Shown here piece by piece: positions 45,401 through 56,649 of a stretch of 64,000 nt of DNA (the first letter of the stretch is position 1; each line of letters starts with the position of its first letter). Below the pieces are notes generated by a model that searched no databases, was not told the origin of the DNA, and was given only the letters and a program-made list of their open reading frames with translations. This DNA is from Schizochytrium sp. TIO01 (lineage: Eukaryota; Protista; Bigyra: Labyrinthulomycetes). The stretch spans positions 2,418,001-2,482,000 of the forward strand of contig SMSO01000036.1 in the NCBI GenBank assembly GCA_004764695.1, given 5' to 3'. The translations under genes and the position numbers were made by a program.

Positions 45401-45807
45401 CGAAGTCTAGCCCTCTGACGTTTTGCTGTAACTTCCTTGAGCTTTGTATCAGCAAATGCGAGCACGCCTTCAAGGCGGTCGCGCTGCTTGGCCAGCTCGC
45501 CACGGATCCAGGACTCTTCATCTGCATCCATCTTGGAGTTTAGCCTAGATTTATACAGCAAAAGCACTGCGCTTGCTGTGAGAACCCATGTCATTTTGCC
45601 GCCATGACGAACTAAGAAAGGGCCCCCATTGCGGTTATTTTCGATACCCCCACTCAGGAAGTCAACGAGAAACTCACGAACCTTGGTCCGAAGAGAGTGA
45701 CGTTCTGAAAGCCATGCTGATGCGAGCACTATCACAATCCAAAGTAGTGCCTTAGAGTTCTTGGGCCCCGGAGCGCTCGCAATGAGCTTTGTAGAGCCTC
45801 GTGCCAT
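42478..45807 (-). CDS. ABC transporter, B-family half transporter (TMD-NBD) with long N-terminal extension
   Basis: Walker A GESGCGKST, Q-loop IVSQD, signature LSGGERQR, Walker B ILILDEATSALD, H-loop VAHR; upstream ABC membrane domain (LFRSLITQDVKYFE, ALWYGG). Confidence 0.95.
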   Translation of the reverse strand: MARGSTKLIASAPGPKNSKALLWIVIVLASAWLSERHSLRTKVREFLVDFLSGGIENNRNGGPFLVRHGGKMTWVLTASAVLLLYKSRLNSKMDADEESWIRGELAKQRDRLEGVLAFADTKLKEVTAKRQRARLRSRGSITTRSDAGSETSRQPSNLASSTSESTSAASTAAMVEAGSSEADSSLPPIMAAAAAAVGEDPKLYEDSHVNNGVTSLHRSSKPENVDYKEENSDAVEPSDAISDDQDSGDSASVEDDGEDSEAAEHEDENVVDVAVIIDATEDVAQFDRSDPLVHQGLLGASRAVCHNILHLGELDDLVDPEKSASTLTSSTASKLIEQLEFEEEIFEHADTFRLDKGPYREAMREAVQKAKHVIRLRRTNQIIKTLVLLERAKTQLPYMVVSGILSIVHGSIYALRAHYMSQVMTLAYERTTAAAAGAAGAMRIRETIQTLFMLEILGLISDFVSTKTKSMGRRQFVLKLKTDLFRSLITQDVKYFETHDLYEARQVIGNTDYTCLSLFDLPIDTIQNVSSMSASALMLWHKNHKLSTFMAVMLPLRVLVSELLYKVQYQIESSMLTAQVTNFSDVWTILVNPTGLRTLRCFGREPLETAMFSQGLKVKDRSNDRVTLLYNIFEILRSLVDNSVEIAALWYGGTLASRGELDVSDLASFTSTASYAFERGRAVFYQFRSLFSNNGIVDSAEKMYDLLNHQPGIGIDSPPISEMPSDEDSVNWSVAFENVTFAYPKRPQVKALTNVSFEIEEGEQVGILGESGCGKSTLISLVMRLYDPDAGSVKVGGRCIKEWNPLWLRRHIAIVSQDIYLPFRTVKENLAYGLFDVPIKDKHKRDEEMRAALRMARCEDLFFDTKRFPQQWHTDIGRNGADLSGGERQRLCIARAILAKPRILILDEATSALDEESQYQVQEAIQALYEQSGRRLSILSVAHRISNFRHVDRLIVLDKGRVVEQGRASELVKRKDGIFANYVTRATINFDGEGDNSTPSEAQQKLVAAAKQIMMSAEEENSDEAERNDVSSVSSSASSSQPGQAASPSEESDTQKTKPLPPALMKPTINNLYEEDKERKSCSPADDKEDNVHSSAKARANIVSDGGSQ

Positions 45808-48477
45808 GGCGTACGTCGCCTGCGACGAAGTAAGTAGTAGCTTCCTGTAGTGGCAAACCCAAACTAGAGATTGCTTTAAACCTTAAAACAATAGACTTCC
45901 GCGTATCGAGTGAGAAAGTTAACCTTCAACAAGACAGGTCGCAAATTGAAGACAAGGGCGCAGAGACCTTTCGATTTCACCAATGCTGCGTCCACAGGTT
46001 TTCTCGAGCCTCAGCCCCCAAAAGCTTTGAGAAAACCTCCCACTGGTGATTCACGACGCACCGTAACAAAGTTTCTGCTCGAGGGATCTATGGGTAATCT
46101 TAAGAGCGAGTGCTAACGAGATGCGAGCCCTACAAGGCCGTCTTCGTGAGCGTCTAAATGTCTTCTGCTGTCTCTCCAATATTTAATATTCAGAGCTCTT
46201 CGATCGGCGGCACTGAATGAGGAATATAAGGAGTGAATAAATCGATGAACGAATGCCGATGGCGCGGAGGTCTCGCTGGCGAGTTCGCTGGCAGCGCCAC
46301 GAGCGACCTCGAGTGAATATACCCCGCTGCGGAGCGGAACGCTGCAGGCGCAGCCGTGAAGCCGCCTTCCTGCCGGTGTTAAAGGGCTGCGGACACGGGA
46401 GCCCGCGTCAGAGAGTTCCGCGACTGGCCGCCTTAGCGCCTTTTCAAAATAATAAAACTGATTGATCTCAAGAGACACAATGATACAATACAAACACGCG
46501 TAATATACTGTACACACCTTTGGCATACTCCGTTCATGCAAACCGGGTTGGCGCTGCCATACAGGAACCGGAGCATTATAAGCGCTCGCGAAGAATACGG
46601 TTGTTTAGACCATTTACGCAGGAGGGAGAATTTCAATACCAATGCATGAGATAAAATACGCGGACGTGCTATAGTTTAGCATATAAGGTGTTCTAGGAGA
46701 GCAATTTCAGACGGAAGTCCAGGTAACCTGTGGAACCTGTGGAACAAGAAGAGGATAGAAGCTCAGTAGGAGTTTGTAGGCGCGAGTTAGAGGTGCAGAA
46801 CGCAAAAGGAGAATGGGGTAGAGAAATAGACCATTTTGCAGACTGAGGACAGAGGATGGAGATGGAGATGGAGATGAACTCAGTTGTGGAGAAATACTTG
46901 AGGATGTCTGAAACAAAACTGAGGCGTCAACGCATGGTGTTGCTTTGAATAAACTCTGGAAATTCATGGAGCAACGAGTTGACTCTGTCGCAGATGAACA
47001 TGCGTGTCAAGTTGAGGGAGAAGAATGTTAACTTAGTGCCTATGTCCGTCTCTTCGAAATGAAGTGGGCGAACAGTTAAGAAATCGGTCTCAGTCAGATA
47101 CTTAGTTTATGCCATACTGCAAAGATGCTCTACGGGAACTCGTAATATTCGCGTGATAGGATTTTAGTTGTCAAAATGCAACCTCGTGACCTATTCCTCC
47201 CAAGATGCCTTGTTGTGGTTTTGCACAACGCAAGACATGATTTCTCAGATTTACTGCTCAAGTGCTTCGCTCGTTTGCACACCACCTTGTCTTGGGTTTC
47301 TGCCAGCCAGAATTCGTGATTATGGAGCGTCTTACTTTGGTTGATGACTCGTGTTAATTTGAGAGACCTTGCATTCTTAGGTGGGGGTAGGTTAATTTAT
47401 GAAAGATACTGTTCATTGGTGCGATCCGTTGCCCGATTCTGTAACCATTGTAAGTGGGAGTAAAGCTTGTATAGAGGTTTATAAAAGAGATTAGTTTAAG
47501 AGGTACGATTCGTAGTTAGAAGCCCTACAATTTGGTTCGAAAGGTTAATGCTTGGTGACCGCATACGGACTAATAGGTAAATCATGTAATGCGAAAGGCT
47601 AAGAATATGTAGCAGTATGTACCGAATATGGGATGATATTCGTAACTGTCTATATTGTTGGAGGATCAAAGAAGTTGATAAAAGTGATCCTTCATGATTT
47701 CTCAAAAGCAAAATTTGGCGCTTTTTAATCATAGCAACTAGATCATTAGATGGACACTCTGGATTTTCGTCTACTGGAGAAAATGTTGTAGAGTAAAAGA
47801 ATAGATGAGCTTTTTAGAAACTTTACTTAAACCTTCGTTGCATATTGTTCTTTCAAAGGTCTCATAACTTTGTGTTTTACATGCTGACTGCAGAGAATTA
47901 GGAATATCCTACAACCCAACACAACAATTTACAAGCACAAGGTTTTGATGAAATACGAAAAATACTTCAATCCTAGAACTATTTAGTTCGGGCAAATCAG
48001 GGAGGTTATTTGTTACCTCTTGACTTTAGTGGCCAGTGAATCGTTCATGCTCAAATCATAACAAGGGGCGACTTGCCCATGACAATCATGCAATAGTGTG
48101 CTAATTATCACTGCTGCGAAGTCACATTAAGGAGGGTTCGTTTACTTTAAGTGATGGTTTGGAATATATTGCAATGTTTGGTTGAAATATCATGATACGT
48201 TGGTTTTCAAAGAAGATTCAGTTTCTTGATTGTTTGTTTGCTTGCTTGCTTGCAGGTCTACTAGAAATGTGATGAGGAGGACAGAATGCTAAAAGTCTGA
48301 TGCACAAGAGGAATGAAGAAGAAAGGAGGACTCTGTGCAGCTGCTACTCACTTGGAGCAGCAAGGGATTCTTGATAACATTCCAAGTCCCACGACACTAC
48401 GCAACGCTATGCAATGTGATGCGTGTGAAGTGCCTGCCACAGGGCTTACTAGGTACACAGAGACAGAGGATTGGAAT

Positions 48478-49764
48478 TTAGGGCTTCTCGCCACGGCGGC
48501 AGATGTAGTACTTGATGAGCTTCTTAAAGCCAGGCTGATTGTTCTTGGCACGCTTGAACTTGATGTAGATAAGAGACCACATAACAAGGTGGTAGCCAAA
48601 GTACATGAGGAAGTCCATGCCAGTGGGCTCAGGGTTCCATCCAAAGAGAACGCGCATGAGGAGCCAGAACTGGTTATCAAGACCGCAGCAGCCGGTGACG
48701 TCGTAAACAATGCGGTGAATAGGCTTGCGATCCTCTTCGGGGTCCCAGGTACCGAGCACACCAGCCTCGAGGAGTTCACGCCAACCGTTAGACCAAACAC
48801 CAGCACCGATAAAGACAAGAAGGATCATAGTAGCACGGAAGAAGAGCTTGATAGTGAGCTTGCCACCACCCTTGTAAAGAAGGACACCGCAAGCACCACC
48901 GATGACGATACCAAGGAGAGCAGGGATAGGCAGGGACTCGGGCGGGTAGGTCGCAGTAATACCGACAAAGAAGACGACAGTTTCGAGACCTTCACGGATG
49001 ACAGCAGTAAAGGAAAGGAAGAACATAAGCTCAGCAGTGACCTCACGCTCAATGTCGGCGCGATCCTCATGATCGAGCTCATCGAGAACGAGGCCGTTTC
49101 CGCTGGTGATCTTCTCAATGGCAACTTCCTCAGCCATGACGATGCCGTCAGTGGTCTCACTGCCGCTTCCGGAGCTGTTGCCAAGGGAGGAGGTCTTCTC
49201 GGGTCCAGCAACACTGTCGGTCTTCTCAAGAGCGGGGCTAACAGTGGCAGTGTCAATATCGGTTAGGAGTCCAGCATCGTTGCTGTCAGCAGATTCAACA
49301 TCCTTGAGCTTGGCATCCACGGGGGAGTTACCCTCGCGGCTAAGACGTTCCTCCTCGGCCTGTTTAGCTTGGACCTTGGCAAGGATCTTGGCCTCGATAC
49401 GGTCCTGGATAGCATGAATGTCACCAATAGAAAGAGCAACAATGGCGATGAGAACAGCGGCGATGATACTAATGGAGCCCTCGGCAAGCTCCTCCTTGTT
49501 ACCCTCGAAGAGAGTATCCTTTGCATAGTTAATGAGAAGAATGACAAGGATGGCGCCAGCGATGGTGAGGAAGAATGCAGAGCCTACGCCGATCCATACC
49601 CATTTCTTGAGGTGGGGCATGCCGACACGGCTGAGAAGACCGAGAAGGACACTAATGACGATAGCGGCCTCCAGGGTTTCACGGAGGGTGATGAAAAGGG
49701 CAGGAATGGCGAAGAGGCCGACGCTCTCGCCATCCTCGAGCGCTGTAATTTCAACGTAGCCCAT
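48478..49764 (-). CDS. FTR1: High-affinity iron permease, FTR1/EfeU family
   Basis: Two RExxE motifs (FITLRETLEAAIVISVLL; FTAVIREGLETVVF), multiple hydrophobic helices, C-terminal LFGWNPEPT..Y..Y; biased codon usage. Confidence 0.95.
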   Translation of the reverse strand: MGYVEITALEDGESVGLFAIPALFITLRETLEAAIVISVLLGLLSRVGMPHLKKWVWIGVGSAFFLTIAGAILVILLINYAKDTLFEGNKEELAEGSISIIAAVLIAIVALSIGDIHAIQDRIEAKILAKVQAKQAEEERLSREGNSPVDAKLKDVESADSNDAGLLTDIDTATVSPALEKTDSVAGPEKTSSLGNSSGSGSETTDGIVMAEEVAIEKITSGNGLVLDELDHEDRADIEREVTAELMFFLSFTAVIREGLETVVFFVGITATYPPESLPIPALLGIVIGGACGVLLYKGGGKLTIKLFFRATMILLVFIGAGVWSNGWRELLEAGVLGTWDPEEDRKPIHRIVYDVTGCCGLDNQFWLLMRVLFGWNPEPTGMDFLMYFGYHLVMWSLIYIKFKRAKNNQPGFKKLIKYYICRRGEKP

Positions 49765-51877
49765 GGTGGATTTTTATGTGTGTTGTGATACTCAATCAAA
49801 TTCGTGTCTGATTAAGCAGGTTCGTACGCACTTGCGAACGAACGAAGTTCCCCTAGAGCTTGATTCCTCAAATCGGGAATCACAGCTCTGTCTTTATGAA
49901 TATTAGACGCAGGCCTCGACACTGGCCTCGCCACGATTGCTCTTCGGGAGATGCGGGTTTGCTGCTCGCTCATGCCTGATTTTGCTCCTCCCTTTTCTCC
50001 ATTGCTCTGATAAACTGATTCTTTCTTTTACTGCCATAAATTATAAAAAAAAGTGAGTGCAAAAGCCTTTCATTTTTCAATTCTTTGTCCTTCAAAAAAG
50101 AAAGAAAACATTTGTTATTTTACTCTCTCCGCCTTTTCCAAAGTTACTATCCTATAAAACATACATCATTAAAATTTAAAATCAATCTTGAAAAAAAGAA
50201 AAGAAAAGAAAAGAAAAAAAGCGAGGAAAGAAAAGCAGTCTTTGTACAGGTAAGCAAATAATTCAAAACAGCTCCATCCATTCGCCCTCACAAGAAGAAG
50301 AAGCCATCTCTCAAACGCCTGCGACAGCCTTAATTGATACCTACGCGTCTCAACAACCAAACTTTCGCGACCCCTAAGCCCATATCGTGGCGACTTAGTA
50401 GCTCCCAAAGTGTTTCTCCTCTTCATTCAACAACGTCCTTTTAATTCCTCTCAACTCCTTTCACCACTTTCTAAATCCCCTTCTTTTTAATAAAATAAAA
50501 CTTTATTTATTAAAAAAAATAAAAAACAACACAAAAACACTATTTTTTTTTTTCTTTCTTCAAATAACCGGGGATCGATAAGACGAGTGAGTGAGTGACC
50601 TTTCTTTCGCGTGGTCGAAATATCTGCCGCTCGTAAAAGTAAGTTATCTACCCACGGTAGGAGCGGCCGTGCCTGGTCCAGCCTCAGTTCTCCTTTTCGA
50701 CTCTCTTTCTTTTCGCGCGCCGTCCCTGCCTCTTTACGAGGCGCCAATCAACGGCGGCACGAGGCTTTTCATCATTCCTTTAATTCTCCTCTATTCTATT
50801 TCTTTCTTTCATTCTTTCATTCTTTCATTCTTTCATTCTTTCATTCTTTCATTTAAAAAGAAAAAAGAAAAAGGAAAAAGAAAAAGAGGACAAACAATTC
50901 TATAGACTTTGAAGGTAGGTAAAGTGAAGACAGCGACTTGCTTGTTGACAATACGCGGGATAGGATTTTCAACGCAAGCAAGCTCAGCGCCTCCCTTCGA
51001 CGCGCCTGTCGTGGCCTCTGAAGGACGGAGCGGCCTTCGGCGGTCCTGGTCGCAGGCGCTTTCTTTCCTTTCCCACTCCTGCACGGCGATCGATCAGGCA
51101 AGAACCCGAAGAATTCACGTACATTATCCGCGGCAGAGAGAAGAGACCTCATACGCCACACACACACACACACACTACGCAAAAGCAGACCAAACTCGCA
51201 CATTTTATGGATTTCATACTATGCGTTTTGTGCACTTCAAACTTTTATTTAAACATTCCAATAAGGTAAAATAAAGTAAAATAAAGTAAAATAAAGTAAA
51301 ACACCTAGAACAAACAAGAACAACAACAACCCTACACTCGCTGACTTCTCGCCCGTCTTTTCTCTTCTCCTTGCCTGCAGCGCTCTCCACTGTCTAGCTA
51401 GCTAGCTAGACGCCTCCTGCCTATCCTCCGCGTTGAAGAGGACTCGACCCGCAGCCTTCTTTCTCTCCCTTTCTCAGGTCTCGTTTTCAGGTTTCGAACT
51501 TTTCTTCACAGTCTTTCTGTTTTCAGTTAAATGGCACATCTTTTTGCATTGTTCAGGCCATATCCAAAGTACTATGTACGCACTCCGCAGCGCCTTCGTG
51601 TGGAGGGGACGATATTCAGGTGTCACCTAACGGAAGAAGGGGGCGCTCGACTCCGTGCCGATCCGAGTGGAGTCTTTTATTTACTTTTATTTAAAAGGGC
51701 AAACAAAAGGTACCACTTCTATATCGCATTGCCTCAGCCACTGGAATATCATCATGAAAGCAGGCGTAGTATATTTGAAATAGCTAAGGACTAGCGGCCA
51801 CTTAGCTGCGAGTAGTGGAAAGAGCATGAGAAGAAGGACTCATTCGAGTAAGTTGAATATGGATGATGGATAAGGCA

Positions 51878-52055
51878 GTGAATGAATGAATGAATGAATG
51901 AATGGATGAATGGACGAATGAATGGATGAACGAATGAATGGATGAATGAGAAAATCAGAGGATGATTCTGTTTTGTTTGTTTGTTTGTTTATTTGTTTGT
52001 TTGGTCAATTGATTGATCGATTGATTGATCGATTGATTGATCGATTGATTGATTG
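51878..52055. repeat. Compound microsatellite (GAAT)n, (GTTT)n, (GATT/GATC)n
   Basis: Directly visible tetranucleotide tracts. Confidence 0.9.
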
Positions 52056-52990
52056 GAAAAGGAATCACGAATCATACGCTCGAATTGCGGAAGAACTTGA
52101 GAACCTGTGGCTATTCGAAGACGCGGAAACTCCAAGTAAGTGAGTGGTCTCAGCTCTTCTGCCCAGAATAGCAACCTTCATTAGCATATTGGATGAGCTT
52201 GGCTCAAGAAAGTCTTACTTTTCGAATGCCACTTATTCATTGCCTTCCAGGTTTTTGCCTGATCTCTCTCTCCTGCAATCTTTCTATCAGCTAGCTACGC
52301 AGAAAGGTAAAACTACAGGAACTACCCTCAAACATTCAAGACAGCGTCATCATCAAATGAGGTTAGATCAAATGAGATTAGATCAATCAAATCAAGTCGA
52401 GTCAAATCGGGTTCTTAAATCAAATCTCATTCTTAAAATCAGATTGAATCGAATTCTTCAAATGAGCACAAGCCAACTTGAAATTCAACTCGAGAAGGAG
52501 GAGGAGAAACCTGAAAAAGTGCGTGCAATCATGGGAAACATGCGTCAATTGACCTCTGTCCATGGTCACTTACAAAGCAGACGGCCCGTACTCCTCGGTT
52601 CTGAAGACGTCTTTAGTTTCTTTCTTATGCTCAGGTAAGTTTTCACGAAGAAGGCTCTGCTTTGGGTGGTTCTGTTCCACTACACGAGAACACCAAGAAC
52701 TTGAACACGTCCTCTTCTTCTTCTTCTCCTTCTTCTTCTTCTTCGTTGTTCTGTTCCATCCGGGCACTCGAAGCGGCTCAGCCAATCAGCCTCAGCCATT
52801 TAGAAGATGGCACTTTGAAGAAGTGAGAGAGGAACACTTCCCGAGCGAGCACGAGAACACGAATTGAATAGGAACAAATAAATAAATAAATGTAAACAGA
52901 GAAATGCCTTCGCTCGAAAGTGCGTGCCGCTGTTGTTTTAAATAGAATGGACGCTGCAGAGAAAAAAAGAAATCTTCGCTGCGATGACTA

Positions 52991-53026
<36 letters not shown>

Positions 53027-53567
53027 ATTGATTGATTGGAATGGCTGAGAGGCCAACTTTCCTTTCCTTCTGGCAGAGAACACGCAGGAGAAATAGTCGA
53101 AATGTGTGCGGGCGTGTTTGACACAGACCTATCATGCCTAAGGCCTCACGTTTCTCAGCATTCATTCTCCAAAGGGAGAGAGTCACTCAAAAGTTGTTTG
53201 TTTATGCAGGGACGAGGAAAGCGAGGGTTTCCGCTTTCTTTCCGCTGACAGCTATTTTCTTTTCAAAAGTTATACAAAATTTAAAAATAAAAAATCAAGT
53301 TATGCATATTTTCAGATTAAAAAGCAAGTAACTGAGAAAAGAGGTTTGCTTCGAGCAAGGATCCTCTTATTTTAGAACGAAAGGACCATCATGCTAACAC
53401 CGCGTAAACACTTTCACTTTCAACATAGATTATATCTGTTCATTTTAACTTTTAAATTCATACTAAATAATCTGTTTTATTGATATCTTTATTTTTAAAA
53501 ACTCTAACAGCGAAAGAAGTGAAATTATAGTATTTTACTATACGCAGATAAGAAGGAGGGCCTTTTG

Positions 53568-53616
53568 GTTTGTTTGTTTGTTTGTTTGTTTGTTTGTTTG
53601 TTTGTTTGTTTGTTTG
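53568..53616. repeat. (GTTT)n microsatellite
   Basis: About 12 copies; similar tracts near 55110-55152 and 58462-58511. Confidence 0.9.
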
Positions 53617-56600
53617 CAAGTCTGGCTGTCTATCTGTCTGGCTGTTGGCTGTCTGTTGATCAGCGATCCCTGCGCCTAGCGAGGTCCGGAGGCTGCGCTG
53701 GCCATGCATTCGGCGCGGCTCGTGGCGCGCGGCTCGACATTCATCAATAGCTATCTACAGCTTTGGCAGCGCATTGGCGATTGCCTGATCGAGCATCGAT
53801 CGATTGCATGAAGAGTTCACGGAGCGAGGAATGAGGGAAACATACGATATGTATAGGCCATGTGTATCTATCTATCTATCTACCTACAGAGCAAGCACCG
53901 CGAGCCAGGTTCCAAGTGGAGTCCCGAGAAAGGTCTGCGGGGCCCACAGTGCTGGTGTGGGAACCGTCGCACGTGCTCGCGTGCATGCCTGGGAACCCGC
54001 ATCGCCAGGCTCGCTCGCGCCTCTTCCCCTCCTCCTCTGTATCTTTCTTTGCGCAGAAGGAGGCAGCGGAGCCGCTGTCTCGTCTATTCCTGGGCACATT
54101 CGCCTACGTACTACAGGATTTATGGCCAAATGCTTGTTTTCGAAATGATCTCCATTCCTTCCTTCATTCCTTGATTGATCGATTGATTGATTGATTGATT
54201 GATTAATTAATTGATTGATTGATCGCTGCCCGAGACCTTTGCGGGGGCCTAATCTCGCAAAGTGATGATTTTGCCGCTAAATTCCTCGAATTGCGAGAAC
54301 TAAAGAAAGAAAGAACACAGGCAACAAAGAAAGGAAGGAAGGCCTAGCTGGCGGTAGGCCTCGCTAGTCACTGTGAATGCCTCTCTGCACGTCTGTTGTT
54401 ATTTCTCAGGAGCTCTGAGTGCCGAAGACGCTCGCGATGGTATCGGTTGTCTGTTGAAGACCTGTGCTGCTCTGCTGTGCTCTGCTGTGCTCTGCGGAGC
54501 TCTGCTGTGCTCTGGAGAAGAGGCAAACGCCAGCGAAAGCAACGGTACGCTGGGAGAAGAGAGCGAGCGGCCAGCACCTCTTCAGAGGCGTGTTCTGTCG
54601 TTCTCTCCAAAGCGGCCAATCGATTAGATTATTAGAGGAGCCAAGTTCATGCCTCAAACATACTGAAAGTCTTTCTTCTGCTCCTGATTCAACAATCTGA
54701 AGAAGGCAAGGAAGCAGAAGGAGGCCTGGGAAAGGGAGAAGGAGCGAAGTTTAAGCATGCATTTGAGAGTAGGACTTGGTGAGTGAGCGATCATCATCGT
54801 TATCATCATCATTATCATTATCATTATCGTCGTCATCGCCGTTCTTCTTCGCCACAGAGAACAAATTGAAACACCCGTTCGCCCATTCGCTGTTCCAAAC
54901 GACGGCCAAGCTTGAGTGGATGTGCAAGCAGGTGGTCCGTAGAAGTTCCTACAGTCCTTCTACCTGGCTCCTTTTCAGGCCGGTGTTCCAAAGACCACGG
55001 GCAGAGAACCAGAGAACGCACGTTGAGCGAAAGCGCGCGCCTTCTGTTCTAGTTCCTTTGCTTGTCATATATGTTGAACGTTTGTTTGTTTATTTGTTGA
55101 TTGAAATTGTTTGTTTGTTTGTTTGTTTGTTTGTTTGTTTGTTTGTTTGTTTGTCGGACCGCTGTCTGACTGTCAATTTGTTTATTTATTTGCCGACGGA
55201 GAGCAGTTCCAAGCGAAGTCTGAGGCACTTGGGCATTCAAGATGGCGTTAACAAGAGTCACTTCGATCCGAACTATCTGCAAAGCTAGCGCGCGAGTGGG
55301 AAGTAGTCGCCTCTGTTCTGTTGCAATCGTCGATCCCAAAGAAATCACTCATTTTTATCAAAGTAGGCTCTCGTAGTTACTATGAATCGGAAGATACAGC
55401 AACTGGCGACAAACAAGAAAATTTAATTTAAAAAGAAAAGAAAAGAAAAGAAAAGAAATACTAAAACTTGAAAAGTGATAAATTATTTTCTGTTTTAGTC
55501 TTTTGGGGGGGCAAGTTTTTTTACGGGGAAGGAGAGGAGGAAAGGATTTCTTTCCTTCTCCAGTTCTTCCGGGTTTTCCCTTCTTTCATCCACCAGCGAT
55601 GAGCTCATAGCGGCGCCCTCTGTAAGATTTCGGTTTCGTAGGGTAGTACTACACAGCATTCTTGAACAGGCGTCGTCTATTCTGTAATACCGCCCTCACT
55701 GGCACCACTGGAACTACCTGAAAGTAGTACTAATCACGAAACCCTGTCAAATAAACACATCAAAGCTGATATATATACCTATGATGTTTAATTCGAAATT
55801 ATTACATTTTATAAAATGCTTTTTTAATCAAAACGGGTCATAATAGCCTGAGATAGATAGTTGGATAAATAGATGACCGTAAGCGAGAGATTAGGCGCCA
55901 AAGGGACTCCAAGTCGCCTGGAAAAGCTGCTCTGCCTTCGATGGTCTTGGAAAGAACGGCATTTTGGGCGCAGGTCTACGCGTATCTGTCTTAGTCGAAG
56001 CAACTCAAAAAGGAGTCTTGGGTGTGTCTAATTCACGAAACACAAGGCCGCATTTCATGTACTGGTGGATCTTAGGCACTACTACGTCATCGCCATCTGC
56101 AGATTACTCGCCATCGCCATCTTCCTGTGAAGTCTCGGCCCAGAAATGAATGTTTTGCAGAACCAAACAAAAAATCAAAACGACGAATAACAATTACAAT
56201 AGAAAGGCCTCCTGGAGCTCAAAATGGCAGGTAAGAGCGGCGCCGCTGCCTGCTGATACGAAGGAATTGCAGACATTTCAGGCGAGTTGAAGGTCGGTCT
56301 TCTTGCTTGATTGATTGATGAACGAATCGACTCAAGTTTGAGTTGCCTGGCGAAGGACGGACGCTTGTCTATCTGTCTGTGGCGACATGCTTCGACAAGC
56401 TTGTACAGCTTTCGAAAATCGCCACCAATCTTCACATAAGAGGTACCTTCTTACTTGTTGCAGTGCGTTAATTAGTTAGACAGGTATGCTTTTTATATTT
56501 ATATAGATAGTTTGGCTTTAAATAAAAAAGCTGCAAACTTAGAAAGAATGAAAGAAAGAAGCTGAGAATAAAGTTTAGAAAGAAAGTGCTTTAATTTTGA

Positions 56601-56618
56601 TTAAAAAGCTGCAAATCT

Positions 56619-56649
<31 letters not shown>

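Noticed and set aside
46330-46420. Resemblance to U3 box B (CGTGAAGCC) or to RNase MRP/P and SRP motifs
   Set aside because: Required partner motifs (U3 boxes A, C, D; P4 pairing; SRP helix 8 AGCAG) are absent or do not pair.
48313-49266. 317-aa plus-strand ORF
   Set aside because: Antisense shadow of FTR1.
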